Assembly (NCBI GenBank): GCA_947259375.1
Contig: CAMYLZ010000018.1
Span: 55,441 to 119,440 of the forward strand
Length of the DNA: 64,000 nt
Reading direction: 5' to 3'
Origin: an uncultured Parvularculaceae bacterium
GTDB lineage: Bacteria > Pseudomonadota > Alphaproteobacteria > Caulobacterales > Parvularculaceae
Shown here: piece by piece, positions 28,168 to 38,336 of the stretch
How the letters are laid out: every line of letters begins with the position of its first letter
How positions within the stretch are numbered: position 1 is the stretch's first letter
Program-made: the position numbers and the translations under genes
The notes under the pieces: model-generated
Database searches by the model: none
What the model was told of the DNA's origin: nothing
The model's input: only the letters and a program-made list of their open reading frames with translations

Positions 28168-29810
28168 CGGTACATTCCCGTTTCGTCGCCCTCTTGATTG
28201 AGGCTCGCCGGCGCGCTGATGTCGCGGCGCATCCAGATATCCCACAATGGCGTGCGCTCCACCATCTTGAACTGCGTAAATAGCAGCGCTTCGGCACGGC
28301 CTTTCGCCTCGACGCTTTTGGCGTCCATTTCAAGACGCGGAACGAAAACGATATTCGCCGCGCTCGCCGCAGCCGGACCGTCGGCGCGGCAATCGCGTTT
28401 TTTCGCCAAAACGCATGCGGTGTCGGCCGCCGTCAGGATCGCCACGTCATAGCCTTGCTCGGCCATGGTCCGCGCGCGTCCCGCCGCCTCCAGCAACATC
28501 GCGGACTGATCAACCGGCGCGAGGGCCAATAGCTCACGCGCCTCGGGTGTTGAAAACCGCCCCTCCTCGATCCATTTCGCAATGGTCGGCCCGCCCGGCT
28601 GCACCAGCGCGAGTTCGGCGCGAATATCCGCGGGCGCGTCTTTCGCCGCCGCATATTGCAGCGAAAACTGACCGGTCGCCTGCACCGCAATGGCCCCAGT
28701 CCAGAATAACGTTACGCCCGCCGCCGTCAGCGCCGTTGCAACACTGGCACGATCATGACCGCTGAACAGCCCGTCATAGAACGGCGATGCAACGGAAAAG
28801 CAGGCGAGCCCCGCGGCCAAGGCGAATACCGGCAGCGCATTGGCGCCGGCAAGGCGCGCCGCGATCAGCCCAACAAGCACCAACCCCAACGCCGCCGCGC
28901 CGTTACACCGATGCGCCCGGCCGCCGAAAATCAGGGCCGAGAAGATGACCAGAAGCGCGCCATGAGCGCCGCCGCTCAGCGCCAACGCCGCCTCGCCGCC
29001 AGCAATGACGGCGTCCCATTTCAGGGCATGCGACGCCGCAAGCGCGCGCGCCGCATTCATGCCCGGGGCAAGAAGTTCGGCGGCAATCGCCAGAATGACA
29101 AACAGCGCCAGTGCGCCCGCATAACGCTGAAGCCCGAAACGCCCGGCGACAAACGGACAGGCGGATAAAGCAAGCAGCCCGGCAAACGCATAAACCGGGT
29201 TCAGCAGCCACAGCGCCGCGAGGCCGCAGCCACCCAACGCGCCTTCAAAGCGCGCGCGGAATTTGGATTCTTCTGCAGAGACCGACAAAAGCGACATGGC
29301 GGTCACCATTAAAACAGCCAGTCCCAGTTCCGCCGGGCCGGAAAAAGGCGCCGCCGCATAAGCGGACAACCCGGCGACGATCAACACCGTATAAAGGGCC
29401 GGAAATCGCGGCGCCGCCAAATAGGCGAAGGGCGCCGCGATCAGAACCGCGCTCATCGCCTTCGCCACGAGATGCACCCGCCCTGGCACATCGGCGAACA
29501 TATCCGCCGCCGCCAGCAGCAGCACGAATAATGGCGCTTCATGGTTAACCAGCGCGGCTTCGCCCGCCAATACGGCGCGCGCCTCGGCAATCGGCCCGAT
29601 CATGTTTGCGGTCGGCGAGAGGCTTAACAGCGCCGGCGACAGCGCTGCCGCCGCTGCAAATAAAACCGCAACGGAAAGCGCAATTGCAAACGCCAAACGC
29701 GGACCGGACCATGCGAAAATGGCGGCGGCGGCGAGACGCGCGCGCGGCGCGGGAGCGCGCCAAGCATATTCCGGCGCCGTCTCCTTGCGAGAGGAGGTGG
29801 ACGTATCCAT
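28164..29810 (-). CDS. Hypothetical polytopic membrane protein with C-terminal soluble domain (GT-C-like topology)
   Basis: 548 aa; many hydrophobic Ala/Leu/Gly helices followed by a polar ~150-aa tail. Confidence 0.7.
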   Translation of the reverse strand: MDTSTSSRKETAPEYAWRAPAPRARLAAAAIFAWSGPRLAFAIALSVAVLFAAAAALSPALLSLSPTANMIGPIAEARAVLAGEAALVNHEAPLFVLLLAAADMFADVPGRVHLVAKAMSAVLIAAPFAYLAAPRFPALYTVLIVAGLSAYAAAPFSGPAELGLAVLMVTAMSLLSVSAEESKFRARFEGALGGCGLAALWLLNPVYAFAGLLALSACPFVAGRFGLQRYAGALALFVILAIAAELLAPGMNAARALAASHALKWDAVIAGGEAALALSGGAHGALLVIFSALIFGGRAHRCNGAAALGLVLVGLIAARLAGANALPVFALAAGLACFSVASPFYDGLFSGHDRASVATALTAAGVTLFWTGAIAVQATGQFSLQYAAAKDAPADIRAELALVQPGGPTIAKWIEEGRFSTPEARELLALAPVDQSAMLLEAAGRARTMAEQGYDVAILTAADTACVLAKKRDCRADGPAAASAANIVFVPRLEMDAKSVEAKGRAEALLFTQFKMVERTPLWDIWMRRDISAPASLNQEGDETGMYR

Positions 29811-29973
29811 TTGAAACAGCCCTAGCCTTTAAGTGTCCCTGACTGGCGACTGGCGCCGCCGGTCAATGAGATCAGTTGCAAAGGGTTTGCCGTTTTCGCG
29901 CGTCGCCGGCGTTTTCTTGATGTCGTGCGGAATTCCGGCTTTGCCTCGGCGGCGCGCCTGCTATGTTCCACCC

Positions 29974-30657
29974 ATGCGAACGCTGCTGCACATGCCTCTC
30001 GACCCCGCTTCACGGATGGTGCGGATCATCCTTGCCGAAAAGGGCCTGCCCGCTCATTTCGTCGAAAAGCGCCCGTGGGACGACGATGACGGCGCGCTCG
30101 CGGCTGTTAACCCAGCGGGCGCCATACCGGTTCTGCTCGACGAACCGCCGACCGGCGGCGATCTCGCGGTGTGCCCGGCAAGCGCAATTGTCGAATATCT
30201 CGAAGACGCTTACCCGAATTCGCCGCTGCTGCCCGCGACCTCCGCCGCGCGAGCGGAAACGCGCCGTCTCATTCAATGGTTCATGGAAAAATTCGATACG
30301 GAAGTCTCCGACAACACGCTCCGTGAACGAATAAACAAACGCCTGATGCGGCGCGGCCAGCCCGATTATGAACGACTAAAGGCCGGCGTAGAGGCGCTCT
30401 CCTGGCATCTCGATTATGCGGCGTGGCTGCTCGACCAGCGGCATTGGCTTGCCGGCGAACGATACACGGTCGCCGATATCGCCGCGGCCGCACAACTCTC
30501 CTGTCTCGATTATATCGATATCGTGCCTTGGGAAAAATTCGCGCCGGTGAAAGACTGGTATGCGCGCATGAAGTCACGCCCAAGCTTCCGGCCGGTCCTG
30601 CGGGATCGAATGGATGGCGTGCCGCCCCCGTCGCATTATGACGATCCGGATTTTTGA
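29974..30657 (+). CDS. fzlA: FtsZ-binding protein FzlA (GST fold)
   Basis: [45 protein letters not shown]-terminal HYDDPDF, as recalled for Caulobacter FzlA; adjacent to queG. Confidence 0.85.
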   Translation: MRTLLHMPLDPASRMVRIILAEKGLPAHFVEKRPWDDDDGALAAVNPAGAIPVLLDEPPTGGDLAVCPASAIVEYLEDAYPNSPLLPATSAARAETRRLIQWFMEKFDTEVSDNTLRERINKRLMRRGQPDYERLKAGVEALSWHLDYAAWLLDQRHWLAGERYTVADIAAAAQLSCLDYIDIVPWEKFAPVKDWYARMKSRPSFRPVLRDRMDGVPPPSHYDDPDF

Positions 30658-31784
30658 TCATGCAGATTCAATCCGACCCAAAAAATCGCATTCGGGAAGC
30701 GGCGGCGGAAATTGGGTTCGATGCGGTCGGCTTTGCTGACGCAAACTTGCCTGATGCGATCCGCGACCGTTTTACGCGCTTTCTGGAGCTCGCCCGCCAC
30801 GGAACCATGGGCTGGCTCGAAAATCGCGCCGAGCAGCGCGTCCATCCCAACGGCCTTTGGCCGGATGCGCGAAGCGTCATCATGCTGGGCATGAATTACG
30901 GACCCGATACGGACCCGATGCGGGCGCTTGAAGCGAAATCAAACGGCGTGATTTCCGTCTATGCGCGCAATCGCGATTATCATGATGTCGTCAAGAAGCG
31001 GCTGAAACGTCTCGCACGGCAAGTCGTCGAAGAACACGGCTGCGAGGTCAAGGTATTCGTCGATACCGCGCCGGTTATGGAAAAACCGATCGCGGCGCGC
31101 GCAGGCCTCGGCTGGCAGGGCAAGCATACCAATCTGGTTTCGCGCCGGCACGGCTCCTGGCTATTTCTTGGAGCGATTTTTACAACACTTTCCCTCACCC
31201 CCGATGAAGCGGAGCGCGACCATTGTGGTTCCTGCCGAAACTGTCTTGAGGTTTGCCCGACAAGCGCTTTCCCGGCGCCCTATCAGCTCGATGCGCGCCG
31301 GTGCATCTCCTATCTGACGATTGAGCATCCCGGCCCGGTTCCACAAGAGTTTCGCAAGGCCATGGGCAATCGAATTTACGGATGCGACGATTGTCTTGCG
31401 GTTTGTCCTTGGAACAAGTTTGCGGCCGAAGCCCGCGAAGCGGCGTTTCACGCGCGCGATGAATTGCGCACGCCGACGCTTGAAGATCTCGCAGCGCTTG
31501 ACGACGCCGCGTTCCGCAAGCTTTTTTCCGGCTCCCCCGTAAAGCGCACCGGTCGCAATCGATTTGTGCGAAATGTATTAATCGCCATTGGCAACTCCGG
31601 CGATGCAGCACTTGTTCCTCGTGCGGAGGCTTTGCTTGAAGACGAAAGCCCTATTGTGCGCGGCGCCGCCATTTGGGCGCTGTCCCGGCTTTCGCCAGAC
31701 CGCGCAGCGCGGGCCCGAAACAGCCTGGCTTCCTGCGAAACTGACAAGGGCGTTATCGCCGAATGGTCGGCGGCAGGCGATTAA
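30654..31784 (+). CDS. queG: Epoxyqueuosine reductase
   Basis: [60 protein letters not shown]. Confidence 0.96.
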   Translation: MIMQIQSDPKNRIREAAAEIGFDAVGFADANLPDAIRDRFTRFLELARHGTMGWLENRAEQRVHPNGLWPDARSVIMLGMNYGPDTDPMRALEAKSNGVISVYARNRDYHDVVKKRLKRLARQVVEEHGCEVKVFVDTAPVMEKPIAARAGLGWQGKHTNLVSRRHGSWLFLGAIFTTLSLTPDEAERDHCGSCRNCLEVCPTSAFPAPYQLDARRCISYLTIEHPGPVPQEFRKAMGNRIYGCDDCLAVCPWNKFAAEAREAAFHARDELRTPTLEDLAALDDAAFRKLFSGSPVKRTGRNRFVRNVLIAIGNSGDAALVPRAEALLEDESPIVRGAAIWALSRLSPDRAARARNSLASCETDKGVIAEWSAAGD

Positions 31785-34700
31785 GCCTCCACTGTCACGG
31801 TCACGGTTGTCTTGTCGAAATTGCCGTGATCGTCTTCGACCCAGTAAGCAAACGTATCCACGCCGGTAAAACCCGGATCCGCGATATAGCGCACGGTGCC
31901 GTCGTCATTGACCGAAACGATCCCGTGATTGGCAGGGTCGAGACCGTCAATACGCAATTCATCGCCATCCGGATCATAATCATTTGCCAGGACATCAATA
32001 TCCACTTGCTCGCCGCTGCCGACGTTCGCAAAATCATCACGGCCCACTGGCGCGAGGCTGTTCAAGTCCAGAACTCCATGATATTCCGGCTCGACATCAA
32101 GATCGGAAAAATTCCGCTCCCACTCGACGAATACGCCGACTTTCTGCACCTCCCCGGTGGCGCGATCGGCGTAATACTGATCGATGATCGTGACCTGTCG
32201 CCCATCCGGCAAGGTCCAATAGCCTTCTTCTTCCAGCGCATTGCGGATCGTGAAATAGTCGTGGCGGTTCGGATCCCATGTCGGGGAAACGATCGCCGCG
32301 CCGACAGAGTCGGTTTTCGTTCCTGTCAGATCCAGGAAATTACCGGCGCCAGGCAATGGCGTCACCGGAATATTGTCAATGTCGGAATCAAATAGCAGGC
32401 GGCCTGTTACAAGCTGATCCGCGGTAAGGAACAGATCGCCGGCGCCAGCGCTGAGATTGCCGAAATCCGTATCCGCGCCGTCGACATTGACGTCGATAAA
32501 GACATATCCCCAATCACCATCAAACGGATGGTTGAGATTGGTCTCCTGCTTGGATGCATAAACGCCAGTCGGGAAGCCCGAAATAGCGGCGCCGTTGATC
32601 GTATTGTCGATGGAGTTCGGGCCGAACTCAATGCCGCGCCAGGGCGCACGCGCGCCGCTCGACTGGTCCGTCGCAATGAGGTCAATATCGCGCAACGTAT
32701 AATGCGCCGTATATTGCAGATGAATGCCGGTGCGCACTTCCCAGCCGGTGAAATCTTCAATGACGGAACGAACATCATGAGCTTGTTCGGACCCTCCCTT
32801 GATCACCTCAAGGCCGATACCCACCGCAATAGCTTCATTACCGTAAAACTGGGTAATTGCTGGATAATTGACGATTGCCTCATCCACATAGCGTAACGAC
32901 TCGGAAAAATCTGCGGTCGCCGGGTCGACAGGAATCACGCCCCCGCCGCGGGACATATAAACAAATCCGTGTCCGCCGGGTACGCCGGCGGCGACATTGT
33001 CCACAGCATCGACAAGGCGGCCCTGAAACCAGAACCCCGCACCGGTGCGCCCAAGGTCGAATGCGGAAACGTCCTCATGCCACTTGGCGCCGCCGCCATT
33101 ACCGATCGACTTGATCGCAATATTATGGGTCCAACGACCCGTCTCATTTCCTGTTTCCGCAACAAACGCCGCGCCATAAACATCGTAAGCAGCATTATCG
33201 GCGAGCACCGCATTCGAGTCATGGTGCACATATCCCCAACCGGGCGATCCCCACACTGCGTTGCCGACAAGATAGGCCGGATCATCGATATCGGAGACGC
33301 CGGCGCGATGGATATGAAGAGAGTAACGGCCCTTCACATTGGAATCGCTCTGGATGTTCTCAATGTCGCCAGCGTCGAATGCCCGCTCTGATTTGTCCGT
33401 CCGGCCAAGCTCGGTGAACTCCGCGTAACGCACATCGATGTCATCTGAATGCATGAACATCACATGCCCACGCTGGTGAACGGGAACCGCATCTCCATTC
33501 TCCGTCTCGAACACCACATTGCGCGAATAATTCGCCACATAGGCCTTCAAGTCAGCGCGCGGCGCCTCGTGGTCGAATTGCAACGGCCGATCGAAATGAA
33601 TGACATTGCCTTCGATACGCGTGATGATCAGCTCCTCATCTTCTGTTTGATCATCGCGCGGCACGGTCGGCGCCACCTCTTCCGAATGCGTCAAATTCGT
33701 GCCGGTCAGGACAAGCCTGTCGCCGACTTGCCAGCCTTCAGGCGGATTTTCGAGGGTCAATGTCGTATCGCCCGCCATCGGGTCAAGCGCGACTTTCAAA
33801 AAGGAATCCTTCTTGGCGCCGTGAATTTCCGTTGCGCCGTGGCTAATGACGCCGCGCGAAAGCAGCATTGGATCCCATGCAACATCGATCGGCCCGTTAT
33901 CCGCGATCTGGATTACCGCCTGCACATTGGCGGCGACCGGGTTCTCCGCCGTGCCGATCGTCAAACGCCCGCTTGGCGCGACCAGCAAGGTATCGACTTC
34001 CATGAAAGTATCGACGTCGGTTGCAAAATCGAGCGCCCCATCAACGCGCACGGTGAACAAAGAGACCGGGCTTTCGCCGTCATAGGCGACCTCAACGCCA
34101 TGGGAGATAACCACTTTCGCGCCTTCGCCAGGCACCTCTCCGTTGGCCCATGTCGCTGGGTCAAACCATGAACCGCTATTGACAGCGACATGCGTCGCTT
34201 CTTCGACGGGGGCGAGATTAAGCGCCGCAATATGCTCTGACGCTTTTGCTGGGTCATCGGGGTGCGGAGCGCCATCATTGTGGCCGCCATGACCGCCCGT
34301 TCCATCCGGCTGATCTTCCGAACCGCCATTATGCCCGTCCGCGCCGCTATCGCCTCCGCCATCCGCGGCGACGTCAATTTCAACAACGGCGTCGCTGAGA
34401 TTGCCGTCGCTGTCGCGGACTTCGTAACGAAATGTTGCGACGCCCTCAAAACCTTCCTCCGGCGCGAAATGAATGACGCCGTCATGCAGCATCACCGTGC
34501 CGTTAACGGCGTCGAACACTCGGACCAATTCAAGGGTCGTATCCGGCGCATGCGTATCATTGGCAAGCAGGTCTTCCGCCGCAATCTGAATGCCGGCGCC
34601 GGATTGGGTTGAAAAGTTCCCGTCATCTTCCGCCATAAGCGTCGATGGCGGCGGCGTCCCCGGCCCGTCAGATTCTCCGCCGGCGGCGCCGCCAGACGCC

Positions 34701-34990
34701 CCGCCATCAGAGGCGCCGCCTGAGCCTGAGCCGGCCCCGTCATCCGGTCCGCCAGGCGGGTCAATGCCGTCATTGGCTGTCGGGCCGCCCTTGCTGCTGA
34801 GCGTGAAGCAACCTTCCACCGCCAGAAGCGGCGCAATCATGCTGGCTTGGGAAAGGCGTTTCTTGACTTTTGGGCGGCGCGCGCGGCGGCCTTGTGCCGG
34901 GGTTGATAACAACCCCGCCTCGGACGCCTCCAGAATGTCGCGAAGATCGAAAGATGAATAACGCTTAGCCGCATCAAAATCAGAACTCAT
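31781..34990 (-). CDS. Large extracellular protein: Ig/cadherin-like domain + G8 domain + parallel beta-helix + Ig-like domain
   Basis: Two LLAND/VLAND...TF.Y.V.D Ig-like repeats; G8 start [24 protein letters not shown]; [40 protein letters not shown]. Confidence 0.82.
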   Translation of the reverse strand: MSSDFDAAKRYSSFDLRDILEASEAGLLSTPAQGRRARRPKVKKRLSQASMIAPLLAVEGCFTLSSKGGPTANDGIDPPGGPDDGAGSGSGGASDGGASGGAAGGESDGPGTPPPSTLMAEDDGNFSTQSGAGIQIAAEDLLANDTHAPDTTLELVRVFDAVNGTVMLHDGVIHFAPEEGFEGVATFRYEVRDSDGNLSDAVVEIDVAADGGGDSGADGHNGGSEDQPDGTGGHGGHNDGAPHPDDPAKASEHIAALNLAPVEEATHVAVNSGSWFDPATWANGEVPGEGAKVVISHGVEVAYDGESPVSLFTVRVDGALDFATDVDTFMEVDTLLVAPSGRLTIGTAENPVAANVQAVIQIADNGPIDVAWDPMLLSRGVISHGATEIHGAKKDSFLKVALDPMAGDTTLTLENPPEGWQVGDRLVLTGTNLTHSEEVAPTVPRDDQTEDEELIITRIEGNVIHFDRPLQFDHEAPRADLKAYVANYSRNVVFETENGDAVPVHQRGHVMFMHSDDIDVRYAEFTELGRTDKSERAFDAGDIENIQSDSNVKGRYSLHIHRAGVSDIDDPAYLVGNAVWGSPGWGYVHHDSNAVLADNAAYDVYGAAFVAETGNETGRWTHNIAIKSIGNGGGAKWHEDVSAFDLGRTGAGFWFQGRLVDAVDNVAAGVPGGHGFVYMSRGGGVIPVDPATADFSESLRYVDEAIVNYPAITQFYGNEAIAVGIGLEVIKGGSEQAHDVRSVIEDFTGWEVRTGIHLQYTAHYTLRDIDLIATDQSSGARAPWRGIEFGPNSIDNTINGAAISGFPTGVYASKQETNLNHPFDGDWGYVFIDVNVDGADTDFGNLSAGAGDLFLTADQLVTGRLLFDSDIDNIPVTPLPGAGNFLDLTGTKTDSVGAAIVSPTWDPNRHDYFTIRNALEEEGYWTLPDGRQVTIIDQYYADRATGEVQKVGVFVEWERNFSDLDVEPEYHGVLDLNSLAPVGRDDFANVGSGEQVDIDVLANDYDPDGDELRIDGLDPANHGIVSVNDDGTVRYIADPGFTGVDTFAYWVEDDHGNFDKTTVTVTVEA

Positions 34991-35187
34991 AACATTCCCG
35001 TACGCTACGCCTTACAACCTGTCCCCACTCAGGGGAGCCAAGGCACTCTAGGCAATTACGAGAAATGCAAAATTGAACGTCTTGTTAGAATTGTCGCTAG
35101 ATTGGGGAAACGACGCGATTTTTCACAAACCTTACGCGCTATTAATGGCCCCCGATGGCGCTATTGTCGGCGCCGCTCCCTGCCGGG

Positions 35188-37356
35188 TTAACGAAGCGTT
35201 GCCGCGTCTTGACCGGATTCGGTTTCGGTTGATGCGGCGCGCCCCATGCCAAACAGATTGGCCTGCGCAATGCCGCGTTCGACGAAACGCGCTCGATCAG
35301 CCTCCGGCGCCCAGCCCAGAACCTGTTTGGCGGCGGCATTGTCGAAGGGCGAGCGCTGCGCACGCGAACTCCAGTCGCGAAAACTTGGGCGCGTGAGCCC
35401 GGGCTTCCTCGCAATCAGGCGTTTCAGCCAGTATTTCACCATATCGACAACGAAATAGGTCCAGACCGGCGTCGGGCCTGTGCGCATGCGAACGCCGCAG
35501 GCGCGGCTGACTTCATCAAAATAATCGCGCGCGGACAGCATCGGCTCGCCAATGAGGTTGAATGACCGGCCGAGCGCCTCCGGCTTGTCCATCGCCAGCA
35601 CCAGGCCGGCGGCGACATCATCGACCAGCACGAACGGCATGAAATTGCGCCCATCGCCCCAAAGTTTGCAGGCGGTCGCGCCGCGCCACATGGCAATCCC
35701 CCAATGCTGCAAGGGACCGCCCTTTCCGATAACGATACCCGGGCGCGCAATCACCAAAGACAAGTCACGCGCTCTTTGCAATGCCAGTAATTCCTCCTCA
35801 CACGCCGCTTTGGAGCGCGCATAAAGATTGCGGCGTTCGAGGTCTTCATCAAACGGGGTTTGCTCCGTAATCGTCCTATCAGCGTTCGATGCATCATATG
35901 AATCGATCGTGCCGGTATAAACCAGCCGTTTCACTCCCGCCGCCAGGCACGCCTCGCCAATTCGGCGCGTTACCGCGACGTCGTTCTCGAGATATCCCTG
36001 CCAGCTTGACTCACTCGCGCGCGCCAGGTGGAAAACGCCGTCAGCACCCGCCATCGCCGCCCTCAAGTCTTCATCAGACTTCAAATCGCCGCTTATGACC
36101 GATACCCGGCCATCCTGACGGGCGAGGCCGCCGCCTGCGCCGCGCGAGAAGACACGCACATGATATCCTTGGTCAAACAAGGCGCGACACAAAGCTCTTC
36201 CAATAAAACCTGTGCCGCCAATCACCAGCATCGTCTTGCCATTGGCTTCCGGCGGGGGCGTTTGGGCATCGCGCTTCGGCGCGAATTTCGAACCCGCATC
36301 CCCAACCGCCCGTTCGATCATTGCCGTAGCGCTTGCGGCAAGCCCCGCAGACAACCGCCCGTCAATGTCAGCGCCGTCATGCATGGAACGATAAAAACCA
36401 TCTACCGCGCGCTGTATCGATAGCCCGTAAGGCGCGTGCGCATTCAGCGATGTCAGTTGGCGAAACGCATTACCGGCGCCGGCGCTGAACGCCTGCCGCG
36501 CCGTCGACAATTGGCGAAGCAGCGGGCCGACGACAATATCGCCCATGGGCGCCGTCTCGCGCCGGTATGTATCCTCTGCAAAATCGTAATGCGCCACCGC
36601 GCCAAGCCCGCGTATGCGCAAGGACCGATGATCGCACCCCTCAACCAGCGACAGATTTAGATTCACCGACGTATGGCCCGCGCGGCCCGTAATGCGCCAA
36701 CCTTGATAGTGGGTGACCCCGCCGGGAATTTCGATGGGATTGCGCAAATCGACGCTAATGTCATCCAACGGTCCGAGAATATCCGCGACAAAAGCAAACA
36801 AATGCGGCCCAAGTTCGAATAGGAGGTTTTGCGGCTGGCGCAGCATCCACAGGCTGAAGGGGCCGGAACGCAGCGGCGCCAGCGGAAACTGCCAATTCGC
36901 TTCGAATGTATCGATCGGGCCGATAATCCCGCTCGCGATATCAGCCTTGAGCCGATCATAGGAAGGCAGCATCAGAAAATTATGATTGACGCCGAGATGC
37001 GCGCCCTTCGCGTTGCTGAGCGCATCAAGCCGCTGACAATCCTCAACATTCAAGGCAAACGGTTTTTCAACAAAAGCCGCGATACCGGCCTTCAGGATTT
37101 TTTCCGCTGCTTCCGCATGAATATGCGGCGGTGTTAAAACATGAACGCTGTCTGCGACGCCCGCATCGAGCATTTCATCGAGCGACGTAAACACGCGCGC
37201 CGCGCCGCAACGTCCGGCAAGCGCGTCGGCTGCATTGCGGGAAAGGTCGCAAACAGCGCTGATTTCAACGCCGGGCGTGCGCTTTAACGCGCCAGCATGC
37301 CAATCGGCGATGTACCCGGCGCCCAGAAGCGCGACTCTTGTTGCTGCTTTGCTCAT
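35188..37356 (-). CDS. Gfo/Idh/MocA oxidoreductase fused to NAD-dependent epimerase/dehydratase (SDR)
   Basis: N-half GAGYIA, VLTPPHIH, VEKPFA, GVNHNF, ELGPHL; C-half GGTGFIG, VFHLA, YARSK, RPGIVIG. Confidence 0.88.
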   Translation of the reverse strand: MSKAATRVALLGAGYIADWHAGALKRTPGVEISAVCDLSRNAADALAGRCGAARVFTSLDEMLDAGVADSVHVLTPPHIHAEAAEKILKAGIAAFVEKPFALNVEDCQRLDALSNAKGAHLGVNHNFLMLPSYDRLKADIASGIIGPIDTFEANWQFPLAPLRSGPFSLWMLRQPQNLLFELGPHLFAFVADILGPLDDISVDLRNPIEIPGGVTHYQGWRITGRAGHTSVNLNLSLVEGCDHRSLRIRGLGAVAHYDFAEDTYRRETAPMGDIVVGPLLRQLSTARQAFSAGAGNAFRQLTSLNAHAPYGLSIQRAVDGFYRSMHDGADIDGRLSAGLAASATAMIERAVGDAGSKFAPKRDAQTPPPEANGKTMLVIGGTGFIGRALCRALFDQGYHVRVFSRGAGGGLARQDGRVSVISGDLKSDEDLRAAMAGADGVFHLARASESSWQGYLENDVAVTRRIGEACLAAGVKRLVYTGTIDSYDASNADRTITEQTPFDEDLERRNLYARSKAACEEELLALQRARDLSLVIARPGIVIGKGGPLQHWGIAMWRGATACKLWGDGRNFMPFVLVDDVAAGLVLAMDKPEALGRSFNLIGEPMLSARDYFDEVSRACGVRMRTGPTPVWTYFVVDMVKYWLKRLIARKPGLTRPSFRDWSSRAQRSPFDNAAAKQVLGWAPEADRARFVERGIAQANLFGMGRAASTETESGQDAATLR

Positions 37357-38336
37357 TTGTACTCGACGATCTCAACCTTTGCGCCCGTCAGCATTCGCCA
37401 GCGGTGTTTCAGGATGCCAATCAGGTTTGGAAATTTCGCTAACGTCAAAAACGCTGCGCCCAGGCTTGCATGACGCGGCGCTTCTCCCCGGCGGATCAGC
37501 CCTTGCCGGGTGCGCAGAAACGATGCCGGATACAGGCCCAGCAATAAAAAGCTCAAGCCATTCGATAATGGCGCGCCGACAAGCGCCGCCGCTGGCAGGG
37601 CGAGCCCCCAGCCCCAAGCGCGCCGGCGCTCGGCGCGGAAATAATCACGATGCAAATCGCCGAGCTGCGCAAAAGCGCAGCCGGCCCGAACCATCCGCCG
37701 CCACCATTGCCCGAATTCATGCATATCCGCATCGTGAAAACACATGTCGCGATCGATCCGCACGATGCGCGCGCCATTGGCGCGAATGCGAATGCAAAAA
37801 TCATCATCCTCCGCGGCGATAATATTGTCGCGAAACCCTTCAACGCCGCGAAAGGCGTATGCCCGGACCATAAAAATTCCGCCGCATGCATTTATATCGC
37901 CAGCCGGGCCGCGCCATTCAATTTCACACAAGCGGTTATAAATGCTCGCATCGGGGAGCCGCTCGCGGCAACGGCCGGTGACAACGCCAATTGTTTCGTC
38001 ATGGCTGAGCGTCGCAGCGGCGGTTTCAATGAAACCATCTATAAGCGCACAATCGCCGTCGATAAACATAACATAATCGGTATCGGGCCAGCGCGCTTCC
38101 AGCGCACGGAACCCGGCATTGCGCGCCCGCGCCGCTGTAAAACCGTTTGCTTCTTCAAGCGAGACGACAAGCGCGCCGTGTTCTTCCGCATAAGGAACGC
38201 TTTCATCGACAGAACCGGAATCCACATATACGATCCGCTCGCCAGCGCCTTTCAACGACGCCAGGCATTGTTTGAAGCGTTCGCCCTCGTTCCGCCCTAT
38301 GGCGACAAAGCCAATTGTTCGTTTCAGGTCATTCAC
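37353..38336 (-). CDS. Glycosyltransferase family 2
   Basis: GTG start overlapping the upstream TGA; IGRNEGERF..CL, VDSGSVD, RARNAG, FIDGD (DxD), EDDDFCIR. Confidence 0.9.
   Translation of the reverse strand: MNDLKRTIGFVAIGRNEGERFKQCLASLKGAGERIVYVDSGSVDESVPYAEEHGALVVSLEEANGFTAARARNAGFRALEARWPDTDYVMFIDGDCALIDGFIETAAATLSHDETIGVVTGRCRERLPDASIYNRLCEIEWRGPAGDINACGGIFMVRAYAFRGVEGFRDNIIAAEDDDFCIRIRANGARIVRIDRDMCFHDADMHEFGQWWRRMVRAGCAFAQLGDLHRDYFRAERRRAWGWGLALPAAALVGAPLSNGLSFLLLGLYPASFLRTRQGLIRRGEAPRHASLGAAFLTLAKFPNLIGILKHRWRMLTGAKVEIVEYK

Noticed and set aside
31781-34990. G8 protein as an RTX/T1SS substrate or exosortase target
   Set aside because: No GGxGxD repeats and no C-terminal PEP/VPLPA-TM-basic tail; it ends in an Ig beta-strand.
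35132-35145. TTAC-N6-TTAA upstream of the G8 gene
   Set aside because: Spacer is 6 nt, not the 7 required for a CtrA box.
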